Shown: in pieces, positions 10,340-20,141 of the stretch
Position numbering within the stretch: position 1 is the first letter of the stretch
Layout: each line of letters starts with the position of its first letter
DNA from: an uncultured Parachlamydiaceae bacterium
Lineage (GTDB): Bacteria; Chlamydiota; Chlamydiia; Chlamydiales; Parachlamydiaceae
NCBI GenBank assembly: GCA_963742415.1
Contig: CAVULX010000004.1
Coordinates: 544,001-608,000 of the forward strand
Direction: 5' to 3'
Length of the DNA: 64,000 nucleotides
The notes under the pieces: model-generated
Databases searched by the model: none
What the model saw: only the letters and a program-made list of their open reading frames with translations
Told to the model about the DNA's origin: nothing
Translations under genes and position numbers: made by a program

Positions 10340-11305
10340 ATGATGGGTGTAAAAAAAGCTTCGATCATCGCCTCCATTTCCCTGGTCATCATTGTTATAT
10401 TGGCTTATTCGATAAAATTGTCGATCGAACCACAGAAAAAGGTATTTATAGATTTTTTGAGTGCAGCTGAAACGCCTAAAGAATTTGTTTTATTTACATT
10501 ACCAAAAACAGGGACACACCTTTTAAGGCCTCTCCTCGAGTATCTAACGGACCTAGATTCCGTATCATACTGGGCCGATGACGTGAGGTGTTCAAAAGCT
10601 TATTTATACAATAAAAAAACTTTAGATCTACTTTTAAAACTTCCAGATGCCGTCCAGCCTTATTGGCTGCACCAGCCAGTGCAAAAAGATTGCTTTGTTT
10701 CTATTTTAGATGACTTGCAAAGTACCAGCGACTTTTTGGTCACACACGCCCCTTACTCGAAAGAGATGGAAAATATCATCAAGCAGCGGCAAGCTGTCGT
10801 TTTCTTTGTCATCAGAGATCCGAGGGATTGGATCATCTCCATCATCCGGCATCCCTCTGTATCAGGTGTAGATCTTTTTGGAGATCCAATTGGCGACCGT
10901 TACTTCACTTCATTAGATTTGGATCAAAAAATTGACCACATACTTAATGGAACAGCAGTTTACTATTCTGCGCTCGAGATCCTCAATAAGTTTATGCCTT
11001 GGATTAATTCTCCGGTATGTTGTTTTCTCCGCTTTGAAGTTCTTTTAGGTCCGCGAGGAAGCAATTACACTGAGGAGGAACAACTTAAGGAGTTAAGAAA
11101 AATAGCGGACGCCTTGAAGATTGATGTGTCTGATGAGATTCTATTGGATGCTTTTGATGAATCTTTTGGCAAAGGGAAAACATTTGCTAAAGGGAAGGCA
11201 AGTTCTTGGAAGGATTATTTTAAAGAAGAACACAAAGCTTTATTTAAGGAGAAGCTAGGAAAGGTTTTAATCGAACTAAGCTATGAGAAAGATTACAATT
11301 GGTAA
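10340..11305 (+). CDS. Sulfotransferase domain protein with N-terminal anchor
   Basis: 5'-PSB-like PKTGTHLL, 3'-PB-like IRDPRDWIIS, C-terminal FAKGKASSWKDYF. Confidence 0.75.
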   Translation: MMGVKKASIIASISLVIIVILAYSIKLSIEPQKKVFIDFLSAAETPKEFVLFTLPKTGTHLLRPLLEYLTDLDSVSYWADDVRCSKAYLYNKKTLDLLLKLPDAVQPYWLHQPVQKDCFVSILDDLQSTSDFLVTHAPYSKEMENIIKQRQAVVFFVIRDPRDWIISIIRHPSVSGVDLFGDPIGDRYFTSLDLDQKIDHILNGTAVYYSALEILNKFMPWINSPVCCFLRFEVLLGPRGSNYTEEEQLKELRKIADALKIDVSDEILLDAFDESFGKGKTFAKGKASSWKDYFKEEHKALFKEKLGKVLIELSYEKDYNW

Positions 11306-11378
11306 AAATACATTTACACATAACTGCTTCTAAGAATATATGTCGATTTAAGTGCTGAATTTAATCTAAGGAAAAGCC

Positions 11379-12776
11379 ATGTTCACCCAAGTCAAATCAT
11401 TGAAAATGAGTTTAGTCCTCCTTTTCGCTCCAATGATTGTTTTTGCTTATGATACTTCAAACCAAGGCAGGCTGCAAGGTCAACAGCAACAGCAGAACAA
11501 TGCGGCAAGCCATGATGATGTGGCCAGCGGCCATATGGGAGGAGGGCATGGCGGCGGTGGCGGCGGAGGCGGAGGCGGCTGGGGTGGAGGAGGCTCGGGC
11601 GGCGGCCACTCCCATGGCAATTGGGGAGGAGGTGGTTACGGTAATTGGGACTCCGGAGGATACGGGTATCCTAATGATTACCCCCCTTCAAATTATTATC
11701 AACACTCGCCAACCCCCACTTATACGCCAATGCCAACTCCGGCTCCCCCGTCCCCTCCTACAATCACGCCAATACCTACTTTTACCCTGACGAATATGAC
11801 ACCGGTTGTTCATGTCGGAGATCCTATTCATATTAGGGTAAGCAATCCAACTTGCACCCCCACGGCCATCTATTGGAATTATGGCGGAGATACTTGGACA
11901 ACCGGGGGCTCAGATTTTACTCAAACAGCCAAAACAGCCGGAACAATGACAATTACGTCTGTAATTTTGTGCAGCAATGGAATGTATTCTCAACCTCAGA
12001 CAACACAAGTGACAATTTTGCCGCCTGGCGGGGGAACTCCTCAGGGTCCCGGGCGGATTCCTGTCCCTGTCCCTGTGCCTGCTCCTCCACCACCACCCGC
12101 TCCTGCTCTAACGCCGACCCCAACACCTACGCCAACCCCGACCCCCACTCCTACTCCTACACCATCGCCTACTCCAACCCCAACTCCCACACCGACTCCA
12201 ACGCCTACTCCAACCCCATTAGTCATTTACCAAAGAATTATAGATATACTGTTAGGATTGGGAATTAATGTTAATGGCGTGACAATTAACATCGACGGGG
12301 GAACAATCAATTGGGGACCAGATTCAAATTGGGGAAGCTATTATGGAAGTTCGTCCGGTTCATATGTAATTGAGCCGCCGATTTTAAAACAGCACATCAA
12401 AATTCAGGCTAAGCCGGATACAATTACAGGATGTTATCAAACCGATTATGGCCTGATGCGTCTATACATAAAAGACAAAACAGTCACAGGCACATTCAAG
12501 TACTATGGTCGCAATAATTTGATCGGTACGCTTAAGGATAACATTTTAGTAGGTATTTGGGTGAAACCAGCAAAGGGGAAAAAACCCCTGAAGTCTGGCC
12601 CGTTTCAGTTTGTTTTCACTGAAAAGTGGGCTTCCTTCAAAGGAGTTTGGGGAAATAAAGGGCAAGTTCCATTGTCAAAAATCTGGAATGGAACTCGCAT
12701 TGAATGCCCCACTAAAAATACAAAAAGACCCGCAAAGCCTGTCAAACCCACCCCAGGTGGACCAGGCACCCTATAA
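11379..12776 (+). CDS. Secreted low-complexity protein (Gly-rich tract, PKD-like beta module, long Pro-Thr linker, C-terminal beta domain)
   Basis: Signal-peptide-like N-terminus, poly-Gly, (PT)n run at about 12110-12217, IYWNYGGD. Confidence 0.7.
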   Translation: MFTQVKSLKMSLVLLFAPMIVFAYDTSNQGRLQGQQQQQNNAASHDDVASGHMGGGHGGGGGGGGGGWGGGGSGGGHSHGNWGGGGYGNWDSGGYGYPNDYPPSNYYQHSPTPTYTPMPTPAPPSPPTITPIPTFTLTNMTPVVHVGDPIHIRVSNPTCTPTAIYWNYGGDTWTTGGSDFTQTAKTAGTMTITSVILCSNGMYSQPQTTQVTILPPGGGTPQGPGRIPVPVPVPAPPPPPAPALTPTPTPTPTPTPTPTPTPSPTPTPTPTPTPTPTPTPLVIYQRIIDILLGLGINVNGVTINIDGGTINWGPDSNWGSYYGSSSGSYVIEPPILKQHIKIQAKPDTITGCYQTDYGLMRLYIKDKTVTGTFKYYGRNNLIGTLKDNILVGIWVKPAKGKKPLKSGPFQFVFTEKWASFKGVWGNKGQVPLSKIWNGTRIECPTKNTKRPAKPVKPTPGGPGTL

Positions 12777-12792
12777 ACTGATGAATTGATTT

Positions 12793-12825
12793 AATAGTCC
12801 TCGTAAAGTTATTACGAGGATTATT
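12793..12825 (+). terminator. Intergenic hairpin
   Basis: aatagtcctcgtaa-agtta-ttacgaggattatt inverted repeat. Confidence 0.5.
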
Positions 12826-12837
12826 TTCAATGGTAGA

Positions 12838-14268
12838 ATGGCTAAAAACGTTTACGATGCGATTGTCATCGGATCAGGACCTAACGGTCTATCAGCAGCC
12901 ATTAAGTTGGCGCAGGCCGGCCTTTCCGTGGCTATCTATGAGGCTAAATCGACCCTTGGCGGCGGAATGCGTTCTGCAGAATTGACGCTGCCAGGATTTG
13001 TCCATGACGTTTGCTCAGCTGTACACCCTCTAGGGCTTGGTTCCCCATTTTTTCGTGAACTCCCTTTGGGTCAATATGGTCTTGAATGGATCCATCCCTC
13101 AGCTCCTTTAGCCCACCCCTTTGACGACGGAACCGCTGCTTTGCTTGAACGCTCTCTCGATGCAACATGTAGGAATTTAGGTGAGGATGGGGATGCATAT
13201 AAAGATCTGATGGAGCCTCTCGTTTCCAATTGGCATCTTCTTGGAAAAGAGATCTTAGCGCCTCTCCATTGGCCGAAACATCCTTACCTCATGGGATGCT
13301 TTGGCTTGCTTGGTCTCCGATCAGCTAAAAGTTTATCTGACAGCTTATTTAAAAGTGATTGTGCGAGAAGTTTCTTTGCCGGCCTTGCGGCCCATGCTAT
13401 TCTGCCGCTTGACAAACCTTTAACAGCTGCATTTGGCCTTGTGCTTGGGATACTGGGCCATGCAGTAGGTTGGCCCTTCCCTAGAGGGGGATCCCAAAAA
13501 ATCGCGGATGCCTTAGCTGCTATTTTTCTCTCGTTAGGAGGTCAAATTTATACTGACGTCAACGTCGAGAACCTAGGCGAGCTTCCCCCTTCTCAAGCTG
13601 TTTTGTGTGATATAACTCCCAAGCAATTATTACAGATTGCAGGGGATCGTTTGCCTTTAGGCTATCGCCGTCAGTTGGAGGGATATAGGTATGGTCCCGG
13701 GGCATTCAAAATAGATTGGGCTCTTAACCATCCAATCCCTTGGAAAGCTAAGGAATGTGCTAGGGCAGGCACTGTTCATGTAGGAGGTACGGCTGAAGAA
13801 ATTGCGGCTTCAGAGAGTGCAGTATGGAAGGGAAACTGTTCTAATAAACCCTACATTATCCTCGCTCAGCCAAGTTTATTTGACTCGACACGCGCTCCAG
13901 AGGAGATGCACACAGCTTGGGCTTACTGCCATGTTCCCAACGGATCAACCATGAATATGAAAGAAATAATTGAAACCCAGATAGAAAGATTTGCTCCGGG
14001 TTTTAAAGATTGCATCCTTGCGCGAAGCACAAAATCACCCATGGAGTTAGAATCTTATAATGCCAATTATGTTGGGGGAGATATCAATGGGGGAGTTCAA
14101 GATATTCGTCAACTTTTTACCCGACCTGTAGCAAGAGCTGTGCCCTATTCGACTCCTGTTAAAGGTTTGTATATCTGCTCTTCTTCGACCCCTCCAGGAG
14201 GAGGAGTTCATGGGATGTGCGGCTATCATGCAGCCAGAGCTGTCCTGAGAGATGTTTTTAAAAATTAA
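12838..14268 (+). CDS. Phytoene desaturase-like NAD(P)/FAD-dependent oxidoreductase
   Basis: IVIGSGPNGLSAA, GFVHDVCSAVHP, PPGGGVHGMCGY. Confidence 0.88.
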   Translation: MAKNVYDAIVIGSGPNGLSAAIKLAQAGLSVAIYEAKSTLGGGMRSAELTLPGFVHDVCSAVHPLGLGSPFFRELPLGQYGLEWIHPSAPLAHPFDDGTAALLERSLDATCRNLGEDGDAYKDLMEPLVSNWHLLGKEILAPLHWPKHPYLMGCFGLLGLRSAKSLSDSLFKSDCARSFFAGLAAHAILPLDKPLTAAFGLVLGILGHAVGWPFPRGGSQKIADALAAIFLSLGGQIYTDVNVENLGELPPSQAVLCDITPKQLLQIAGDRLPLGYRRQLEGYRYGPGAFKIDWALNHPIPWKAKECARAGTVHVGGTAEEIAASESAVWKGNCSNKPYIILAQPSLFDSTRAPEEMHTAWAYCHVPNGSTMNMKEIIETQIERFAPGFKDCILARSTKSPMELESYNANYVGGDINGGVQDIRQLFTRPVARAVPYSTPVKGLYICSSSTPPGGGVHGMCGYHAARAVLRDVFKN

Positions 14269-14536
14269 GCCATAAACTGCTTATATCTAATAGTTTACAT
14301 TTTTGTGGGGACATTTTACAAATAAATCCTTTTAGGATAGCATGGAGCCAAGGAGGGACAAATAACTATTTAGTCTTCAGAATGTGTATATCATGGTTCT
14401 TGAGCCTGTATATTCACATAAGCAGGAATAAAAATCCTGCATCAACATTTTCTTTGAAGATTGCGCAAAATTTCTTTTTTTGTTTTGTCTTTGTTAGACG
14501 AAGCAAAACTGAAGTATTAAAGAAAATGGAGGTATT

Positions 14537-14875
14537 ATGAATACTAGGTTATTATTGATAACTTCTCTTTGTTTAATTCTCGTTGCCTGGGCATCTCCAA
14601 ATTTAAATGGTTTAACTGCCACATTTGAAAAACAAGGTATGCAGCGAGAAGTTCAAAATGCAGATCTATTTATCACAAGCCAAGTCAATCAGGCATTATC
14701 TAATGATGGGCATTTTGGCACCGAGATGAAAAATGTGACAATCTCAACAAAAGATGGCGTGGTTACAATGAAAGGAACTGTGTCCGACAAACAAATGAAG
14801 GATAGCATAGTTCAAAAAGTAAAGACAGTGCCAGGCGTCAATGATGTCAAAGACGAACTCGAAGTGCAAAAATAA
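14537..14875 (+). CDS. BON domain protein
   Basis: DLFITSQV...VTISTKDGVVTMKGTV...VPGVNDVKDEL; signal peptide; GGAGG RBS. Confidence 0.85.
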   Translation: MNTRLLLITSLCLILVAWASPNLNGLTATFEKQGMQREVQNADLFITSQVNQALSNDGHFGTEMKNVTISTKDGVVTMKGTVSDKQMKDSIVQKVKTVPGVNDVKDELEVQK

Positions 14876-14922
14876 TGACAACTGAAATTAGAGGGTAAAA
14901 GTTGATTTGCAAATGATGATAG

Positions 14923-14972
14923 ACCCACTGGGATCAATACTTTGGTATATTTTCCCAGTGGGTTTTATTTTT
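14923..14972 (+). terminator. Intrinsic terminator
   Basis: acccactggg...cccagtgggt stem followed by a T-rich tract. Confidence 0.65.
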
Positions 14973-15054
14973 TAACAAAAATCTTTAAATCCTTTTCTGT
15001 TGCCTTTTAAATATATTTTTTAATAAAAAAGTATTTTAACAAGGAGAAGGATTT

Positions 15055-15438
15055 ATGGAATTATCGATATTTTTAGCTAAGTGGCTTGGCATTTACATGT
15101 TGGCAATGGCGTTAATTGCCTTAGTGCGCAAAGAACAATTTCATAGAGTCATGAGAAGCATATCTGCTTCAGAAGGAATCTTGGCTTTGGCAGGATCAAT
15201 TAATTTGCTTGGGGGTATTGCACTGCTTATTGGCCACCCTGTATGGGAGTTGAGTTGGAGAGTTTTGATTACCTTACTTGGGGTTCTGGCAGTTATTCAA
15301 GGAATATTACGGTTGGGCTTTACTGAAGAAATTCAAAAAAGATTTACTCCAGATAAAATGGAGCGAAGTTATTGGATTATCATCGCTGTTTTGATCGTTT
15401 TAGGATTAATCTTGACCTACGCTGGCTTTAGTCAATAA
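15055..15438 (+). CDS. Small multi-TM membrane protein
   Basis: Four hydrophobic segments; AGGA-type RBS. Confidence 0.7.
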   Translation: MELSIFLAKWLGIYMLAMALIALVRKEQFHRVMRSISASEGILALAGSINLLGGIALLIGHPVWELSWRVLITLLGVLAVIQGILRLGFTEEIQKRFTPDKMERSYWIIIAVLIVLGLILTYAGFSQ

Positions 15439-15444
15439 AAAAAT

Positions 15445-16692
15445 ATGCCTAAGGTTATTATTATTGGTGGGGGCTTTGGGGGCATTAATGCTGCCAAAGC
15501 TCTTAAAAAAGCTGATGTCGAATTATTAGTTATCGATAAAGCCAATCATCATCTTTTCCAACCACTGCTATATCAAGTCGCTACAGCAGCTCTCTCCATG
15601 AGCGACATAGCGTCGCCTATTCGAGAAATTTTAAAAAATCAATCCAATACAGCTGTTCTGATGGCTTATGTCGATAAAATTGACCTAGTTTCTCAACAGA
15701 TATCGACTTCAAATGGAAAATCTTATCCTTATGATTATTTAATTATAGCCACAGGAAGCCAGCTTTCTTACTTTGGCCACAACAACTGGGAAGCCTATGC
15801 TCCTGGAGTTAAGACACTGGGCGATGCCGTTCGAATTCGGGAGCACATCTTATGCGCTTTTGAAAAGGCTGAGGTTTGTGAAGACCCTGTAAAAATAGAT
15901 CATTATTTAAATTTCGCTGTTGTGGGAGCTGGCCCCACAGGTGTTGAGATGGCGGGTTCCATTGCCGAGTTTGCTCATTTAACGCTCTATAAAAATTTCC
16001 GACTAATCAATCCGGAAAAATCACATATCTATTTAATCGAAGGGGCTAATCAAGTCTTGCCAAGCTATCCTGCAAAATTAGGGGCACGAGCAAAAAAAGA
16101 CCTCGAAAAGTTGGGTGTTGAAGTTATGTTGAACACTCTGGTGACCGATGTCAACTCGGACGGAATCCATATTAAAGATCAATTTATTCCTGCTCAAAAT
16201 ATCATTTGGGCGGCTGGCAACCAGACTTCCCCTTTGCTTAAAACTTTAAATGTTTCTTTAGATCGGCAAGGGCGTGTAAACGTGGAGCCTGATCTATCAG
16301 TGCCTGGCCACCCGAATGTTTTTGTTATTGGAGATGCTGCATGCAGCCTGAATAAAAAGGGGGAGCCGCTCCCAGGACTAGCCCCAGCAGCTATCCAGCA
16401 AGGGCTTTATGTGGCAAAGTTAATTAAAAAAAATGTTCCTCCTGCTGATCGCCCTCCATTCGTTTATTTTGATAAAGGGATGCTGGCGACAATAGGGCGA
16501 GGTAAAGCTGTAGGGGTGGTTAAAAACTTCTGTTTTTCAGGCTTTTTTGCTTGGATGATCTGGTGCTGCATTCATATTTTTTATCTCATTAGCTTTCGAA
16601 ATCGTGTGTTGGTGATGTTTCATTGGCTTAGCCTTTACATTACAAATCGGAGGCAAGCACGCATTATTGTGCGCTCTGCGCAGAAAAAATGA
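15445..16692 (+). CDS. ndh: Type II NADH:quinone oxidoreductase
   Basis: IIGGGFGG, HLFQPLLYQVATA, VVGAGPTGVEMAG, FVIGD, AIQQG. Confidence 0.92.
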   Translation: MPKVIIIGGGFGGINAAKALKKADVELLVIDKANHHLFQPLLYQVATAALSMSDIASPIREILKNQSNTAVLMAYVDKIDLVSQQISTSNGKSYPYDYLIIATGSQLSYFGHNNWEAYAPGVKTLGDAVRIREHILCAFEKAEVCEDPVKIDHYLNFAVVGAGPTGVEMAGSIAEFAHLTLYKNFRLINPEKSHIYLIEGANQVLPSYPAKLGARAKKDLEKLGVEVMLNTLVTDVNSDGIHIKDQFIPAQNIIWAAGNQTSPLLKTLNVSLDRQGRVNVEPDLSVPGHPNVFVIGDAACSLNKKGEPLPGLAPAAIQQGLYVAKLIKKNVPPADRPPFVYFDKGMLATIGRGKAVGVVKNFCFSGFFAWMIWCCIHIFYLISFRNRVLVMFHWLSLYITNRRQARIIVRSAQKK

Positions 16693-16748
16693 TCCTTAAA
16701 ATGCTTTGAAAAACAAGTTAACCATCTTTTTTAGTTGATGCTAAACGA

Positions 16749-16947
16749 ATTTTATACCGTCCTTACAGGACTCTGTTTTTTTGAATTTTACCCAGGCCTT
16801 CGCTTCGCTACGATCTGGGCTGTGACATTCCGCGCCTTCGGCGCTGAAAATGGCCTGAAAGGCCGAAATATTATAGCCCAGGTCGTAGCGAAGCGAAGGC
16901 CTGGGTAAAATTCAAAAAAACAGAGTCCTGTAAGGACGGCATAAAAT
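16749..16947. repeat. About 200-bp palindromic REP/MITE-like element
   Basis: Near-perfect arms of about 84 bp (ccgtccttacaggactctg...cccaggccttcgcttcgctacg); central hairpins gcgccttcggcgc and ggcctgaaaggcc. Confidence 0.85.
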
Positions 16948-17082
16948 GCTTTTTTCATAGAGGACAGTTTCAGGAAAAATTTGCAATCTTTTGAGGCCAA
17001 AAGTCATATTCTTTGCAAATCTATTTAGATCAAAATGCATGCATACATCATTTTCAAGGGGAAATTACGACGAATTCAGCAC

Positions 17083-18421
17083 CTACTTTTTAACATTCTC
17101 TTTTGAAATTTCGTCGTAGATGCTTGCTATTATTTTATTCAAATCATTGTCTAATTTAGGACGAAGTTCGTCGAGAAAACTTTCTAATATTCCTATTTTT
17201 ATAAGACCCTGAAATAGGCATTTAATTTGATAGTAACGGGGAGCGCTAAAATTAAGTTGCATAGCTTGATGCGTCCGTGTTTTTATCGCTTCCTTTATCC
17301 AGATCTCAAGGAGTTGTGACCAATTTGGACACAAAACAATAAATAGGGAAAAACAATTGGGGCAACTAAAACAATCTGAGATTTCTTTTTGCACTCCTGC
17401 TTTCATTAAATTAACCATCTGTTCGTTTTCAAAAATCTTCGTCAGAAATTTTTGCTCATGGCCCATTTTTTCCAAAGCATCCAATAAGCGTTCTAAAGGA
17501 TACATTGAGACATAGTTGTTTGGATTAAAAATGGCTTCGATTTTTTGGGAAACAATAGGATAAAGGGCTTCTCCATTAAAAAAGTTTAATAAGACAAGAC
17601 CTTCAACCGTCGCAGAAACAATTTTCCCCAGCTGCGTTGAAGTACAATACCCATTCTAAGTAATATTTTCGTTGATTATTTTTGTATGATGGGCAAAAAA
17701 TACATTTTTGGAAGTCATCCGATACTGCTAGAGTTTGTTCACCAAAAGCAATAACCTCTTTTTTCAAAGATTCTGCCCTCTCTGAAATAGATTGAGGGCA
17801 AATTTTGAAGAAATTCTCTACTGTTTTTTCATCCATGTGTATAAAAAAATAGAAAAAGAGGTCATCGCTTATCCCTGAGGGTAGAATTTCAAAAAGTGAA
17901 TTTAAAAAAACCTGCTTTTCAATCAAAGCCCAATTATTCTGGGTTATTCCGAGAGCCCATTTCAAGAAGAAAGGTTCATAAGCATTAGTACTTCGATTTT
18001 TAAGGATCGACATGCAGACTTCACGCAAAATTGTGTTGGAACAATATTTAAGGATGTGAAGAATGAGCCCCTTTTCACTACTAATGAGATAAACGACAAC
18101 CTCTCTTTTCTTTTTATCTAGGGAGATGAAATATTCTGTAAATAAGCTTAATTTATCTTGTTCTTCGAGTTCGGGGTCGATGGCAATGGTTAACAGATAG
18201 ATTAACTTTTCAATGCTGCTCGATTCATTTTTTTCTCTAGAGTCAGTAGATATTTTTTTTATCTCTTCGTATAATTGATATTTAGATTGATTTAATTCAT
18301 CTTCGTATGGCTTGAAAAGTCCTTTAAGATGAGCTTTTTTTATTGTTTCAATGATCTGATCTAAATTATTTACATGGGGGGCTTTTGAAAAACCTTGAGC
18401 TGAAACTCCTTGTACTGTCAT
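17083..18421 (-). CDS. Hypothetical helical protein; ORFs 17603-18421 and 17083-17505 are probably one frameshifted gene
   Basis: The downstream frame is open from 17655 (QLGKIVSATVEG...NNYVSMYPLER) and overlaps the upstream ORF across a G4 run at 17626-17629. Confidence 0.5.
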
Positions 18422-18538
18422 AACAAACTCGTTTTAAATTAATTTAAATAAGAATAATCTAAGCTAAAATAAGTAGCTACCAAAAATTTGTAGTTTTTCC
18501 CTGTTGTCCAACCAATTTAAACAACAAATGGTAACGTT

Positions 18539-18913
18539 ATGAAAACATTAGCAGCAATTTTAACGGGAATAGTGGCCCTCTTACATCTGTTTTTTTTAGT
18601 TTTGGAGATGTTTTTATGGCAGACCGACATCGGGCTCAAAACTTTCGAATTAACTCCCGAAATGGCTGCTCAAACAGCCGTTTTAGCTAAAAACCAAGGG
18701 CTTTACAATGGTTTTTTAGCCGCCGGGCTTATCTGGACATTTTTTATATCCGATGTTAGATTTCAAAAATCTGCACGAACATTTTTTCTCGCTTGCATTA
18801 TCATTGCAGGTGTCTATGGGGCTGCGACTGCAAAATTTTCCATTATTTTTATCCAAGCGCTTCCGGCTTTGCTTGCCTTGATTGCTGTCCGATGCTTTGA
18901 CAAAAAGGGGTAA
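18539..18913 (+). CDS. DUF1304 family membrane protein
   Basis: LHLFFLVLEMFLW, LAKNQGLYNGFLAAGL, IQALPA. Confidence 0.88.
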   Translation: MKTLAAILTGIVALLHLFFLVLEMFLWQTDIGLKTFELTPEMAAQTAVLAKNQGLYNGFLAAGLIWTFFISDVRFQKSARTFFLACIIIAGVYGAATAKFSIIFIQALPALLALIAVRCFDKKG

Positions 18914-18926
18914 TGGACGAGATCTC

Positions 18927-20126
18927 CTATTTGCTTATTTTCACCATGACCCAATTCTGGACAGTCCCTTCAGGGAAAATGAGCTGAATATTCACTACAT
19001 CTTGCGTTAGATTATACAGTCCGGTTGTCATTATTTGGTCGGTATTTTCCTCGGCTATTTTCCAATAAACTTGTTGGGTTTGTGGGTCAACGTATCCTCC
19101 CATAGGATAAGTATTATCGCTTGAAGAATTGTAATAGGTTCCTGAAATTTCACCCGAGCGGTCGAGAGCTAATTGCATAAATATATTTGAATAGGCTGCT
19201 TGGGTTGTATCAGAACCAAGCACAAAGACTCCAAGAGGAAGCCAGTTGCTCCCTTGTTCGACACTTTCTGGAGGAGGGGGAGGCGCCCCTTGCGATAGGT
19301 CTGGTTGAAGATAACTATCGAGATCGACATTTGTTTGCATGGGGTAGCCGTAACCATACTCATCATAATAATATGGATAGACACTATCATCCCAACTAAG
19401 CCAGTCGTGAATCTGACCCCACCTCGCTCCACGCCACCAGTTAACATTATTATTCCAATAGGAGGGTTGAAAGGAATGATCTTGGAAGAAATTGCCGGAA
19501 AACAACTTTTGGTTATTTGGATGGCTCATTCTCATCCTTGAGTTCACATCTTGAGAGATATTTCTGTTCGCACTCTTTTGATTAAGAAAAAAAGATTGAC
19601 GTTCTTGAGAGCTTTTACCCCCGAGTTGCGAGCTAAGAGAAGGTTGTTGTGCTGGCCGACTTTGAGTAAATTGGTGGACTTGCTGCCTGATTGCTTCAGG
19701 GCTTTGTTGTTTTGGTACAATTTCTTGTCGTCCTTTCGGTTGGTTTGGTTGGATATTTGGCGGGGTATAGGATCGGCTCATCGAAGGGGATCGTGGGACA
19801 AAATTCACTTGTTGTTGTTGTTGACGGGCCTCCCTCATTTGTGACTGTTGTTGTCGAAGGGAGGGTTCCGGTGCTCTGGGACGTTCTTCAATTCTTTGCT
19901 GCGCAGGCAAATTTTGAATTTGCCTCCCAGGTCCTGCGTCACCCGGGCCCCCCGCGTCTCTTAACCTTCCTGCTCCACCTGGTCCTCCCCGGTCTCCTGG
20001 CCCTCCTGGACCTCCTAGGCCTCCAGGACCTCCGGCTCCTCGACCGCCTCCCCTATCCCCATAAGCAACGGATTCCATGGAGAGAATTGAACATGTAAAC
20101 AGCAATATGATAAGGTTGAATTTCAT
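18927..20126 (-). CDS. Secreted Gly/Gln-rich protein with a conserved C-terminal domain (resembles Planctomycete mu-protocadherin-like annotations)
   Basis: Signal peptide, GGPG repeats, Q-rich region, WLPLGVF...QLALDRSGEISGTYYN...GYVDPQTQ...TGLYNLTQD. Confidence 0.65.
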   Translation of the reverse strand: MKFNLIILLFTCSILSMESVAYGDRGGGRGAGGPGGLGGPGGPGDRGGPGGAGRLRDAGGPGDAGPGRQIQNLPAQQRIEERPRAPEPSLRQQQSQMREARQQQQQVNFVPRSPSMSRSYTPPNIQPNQPKGRQEIVPKQQSPEAIRQQVHQFTQSRPAQQPSLSSQLGGKSSQERQSFFLNQKSANRNISQDVNSRMRMSHPNNQKLFSGNFFQDHSFQPSYWNNNVNWWRGARWGQIHDWLSWDDSVYPYYYDEYGYGYPMQTNVDLDSYLQPDLSQGAPPPPPESVEQGSNWLPLGVFVLGSDTTQAAYSNIFMQLALDRSGEISGTYYNSSSDNTYPMGGYVDPQTQQVYWKIAEENTDQIMTTGLYNLTQDVVNIQLIFPEGTVQNWVMVKISK

Positions 20127-20141
20127 CGATCCCCTGATCTT

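Noticed and set aside
12041..12226. (GV)n ORF on the minus strand
   Set aside because: Antisense shadow of the Pro-Thr linker
16788..17000. 70-aa minus-strand ORF
   Set aside because: Translation of the palindromic element
17603..17605. TGA read-through or recoding joining the two ORFs
   Set aside because: An in-frame TAA follows nine codons later and the downstream ORF is in another frame
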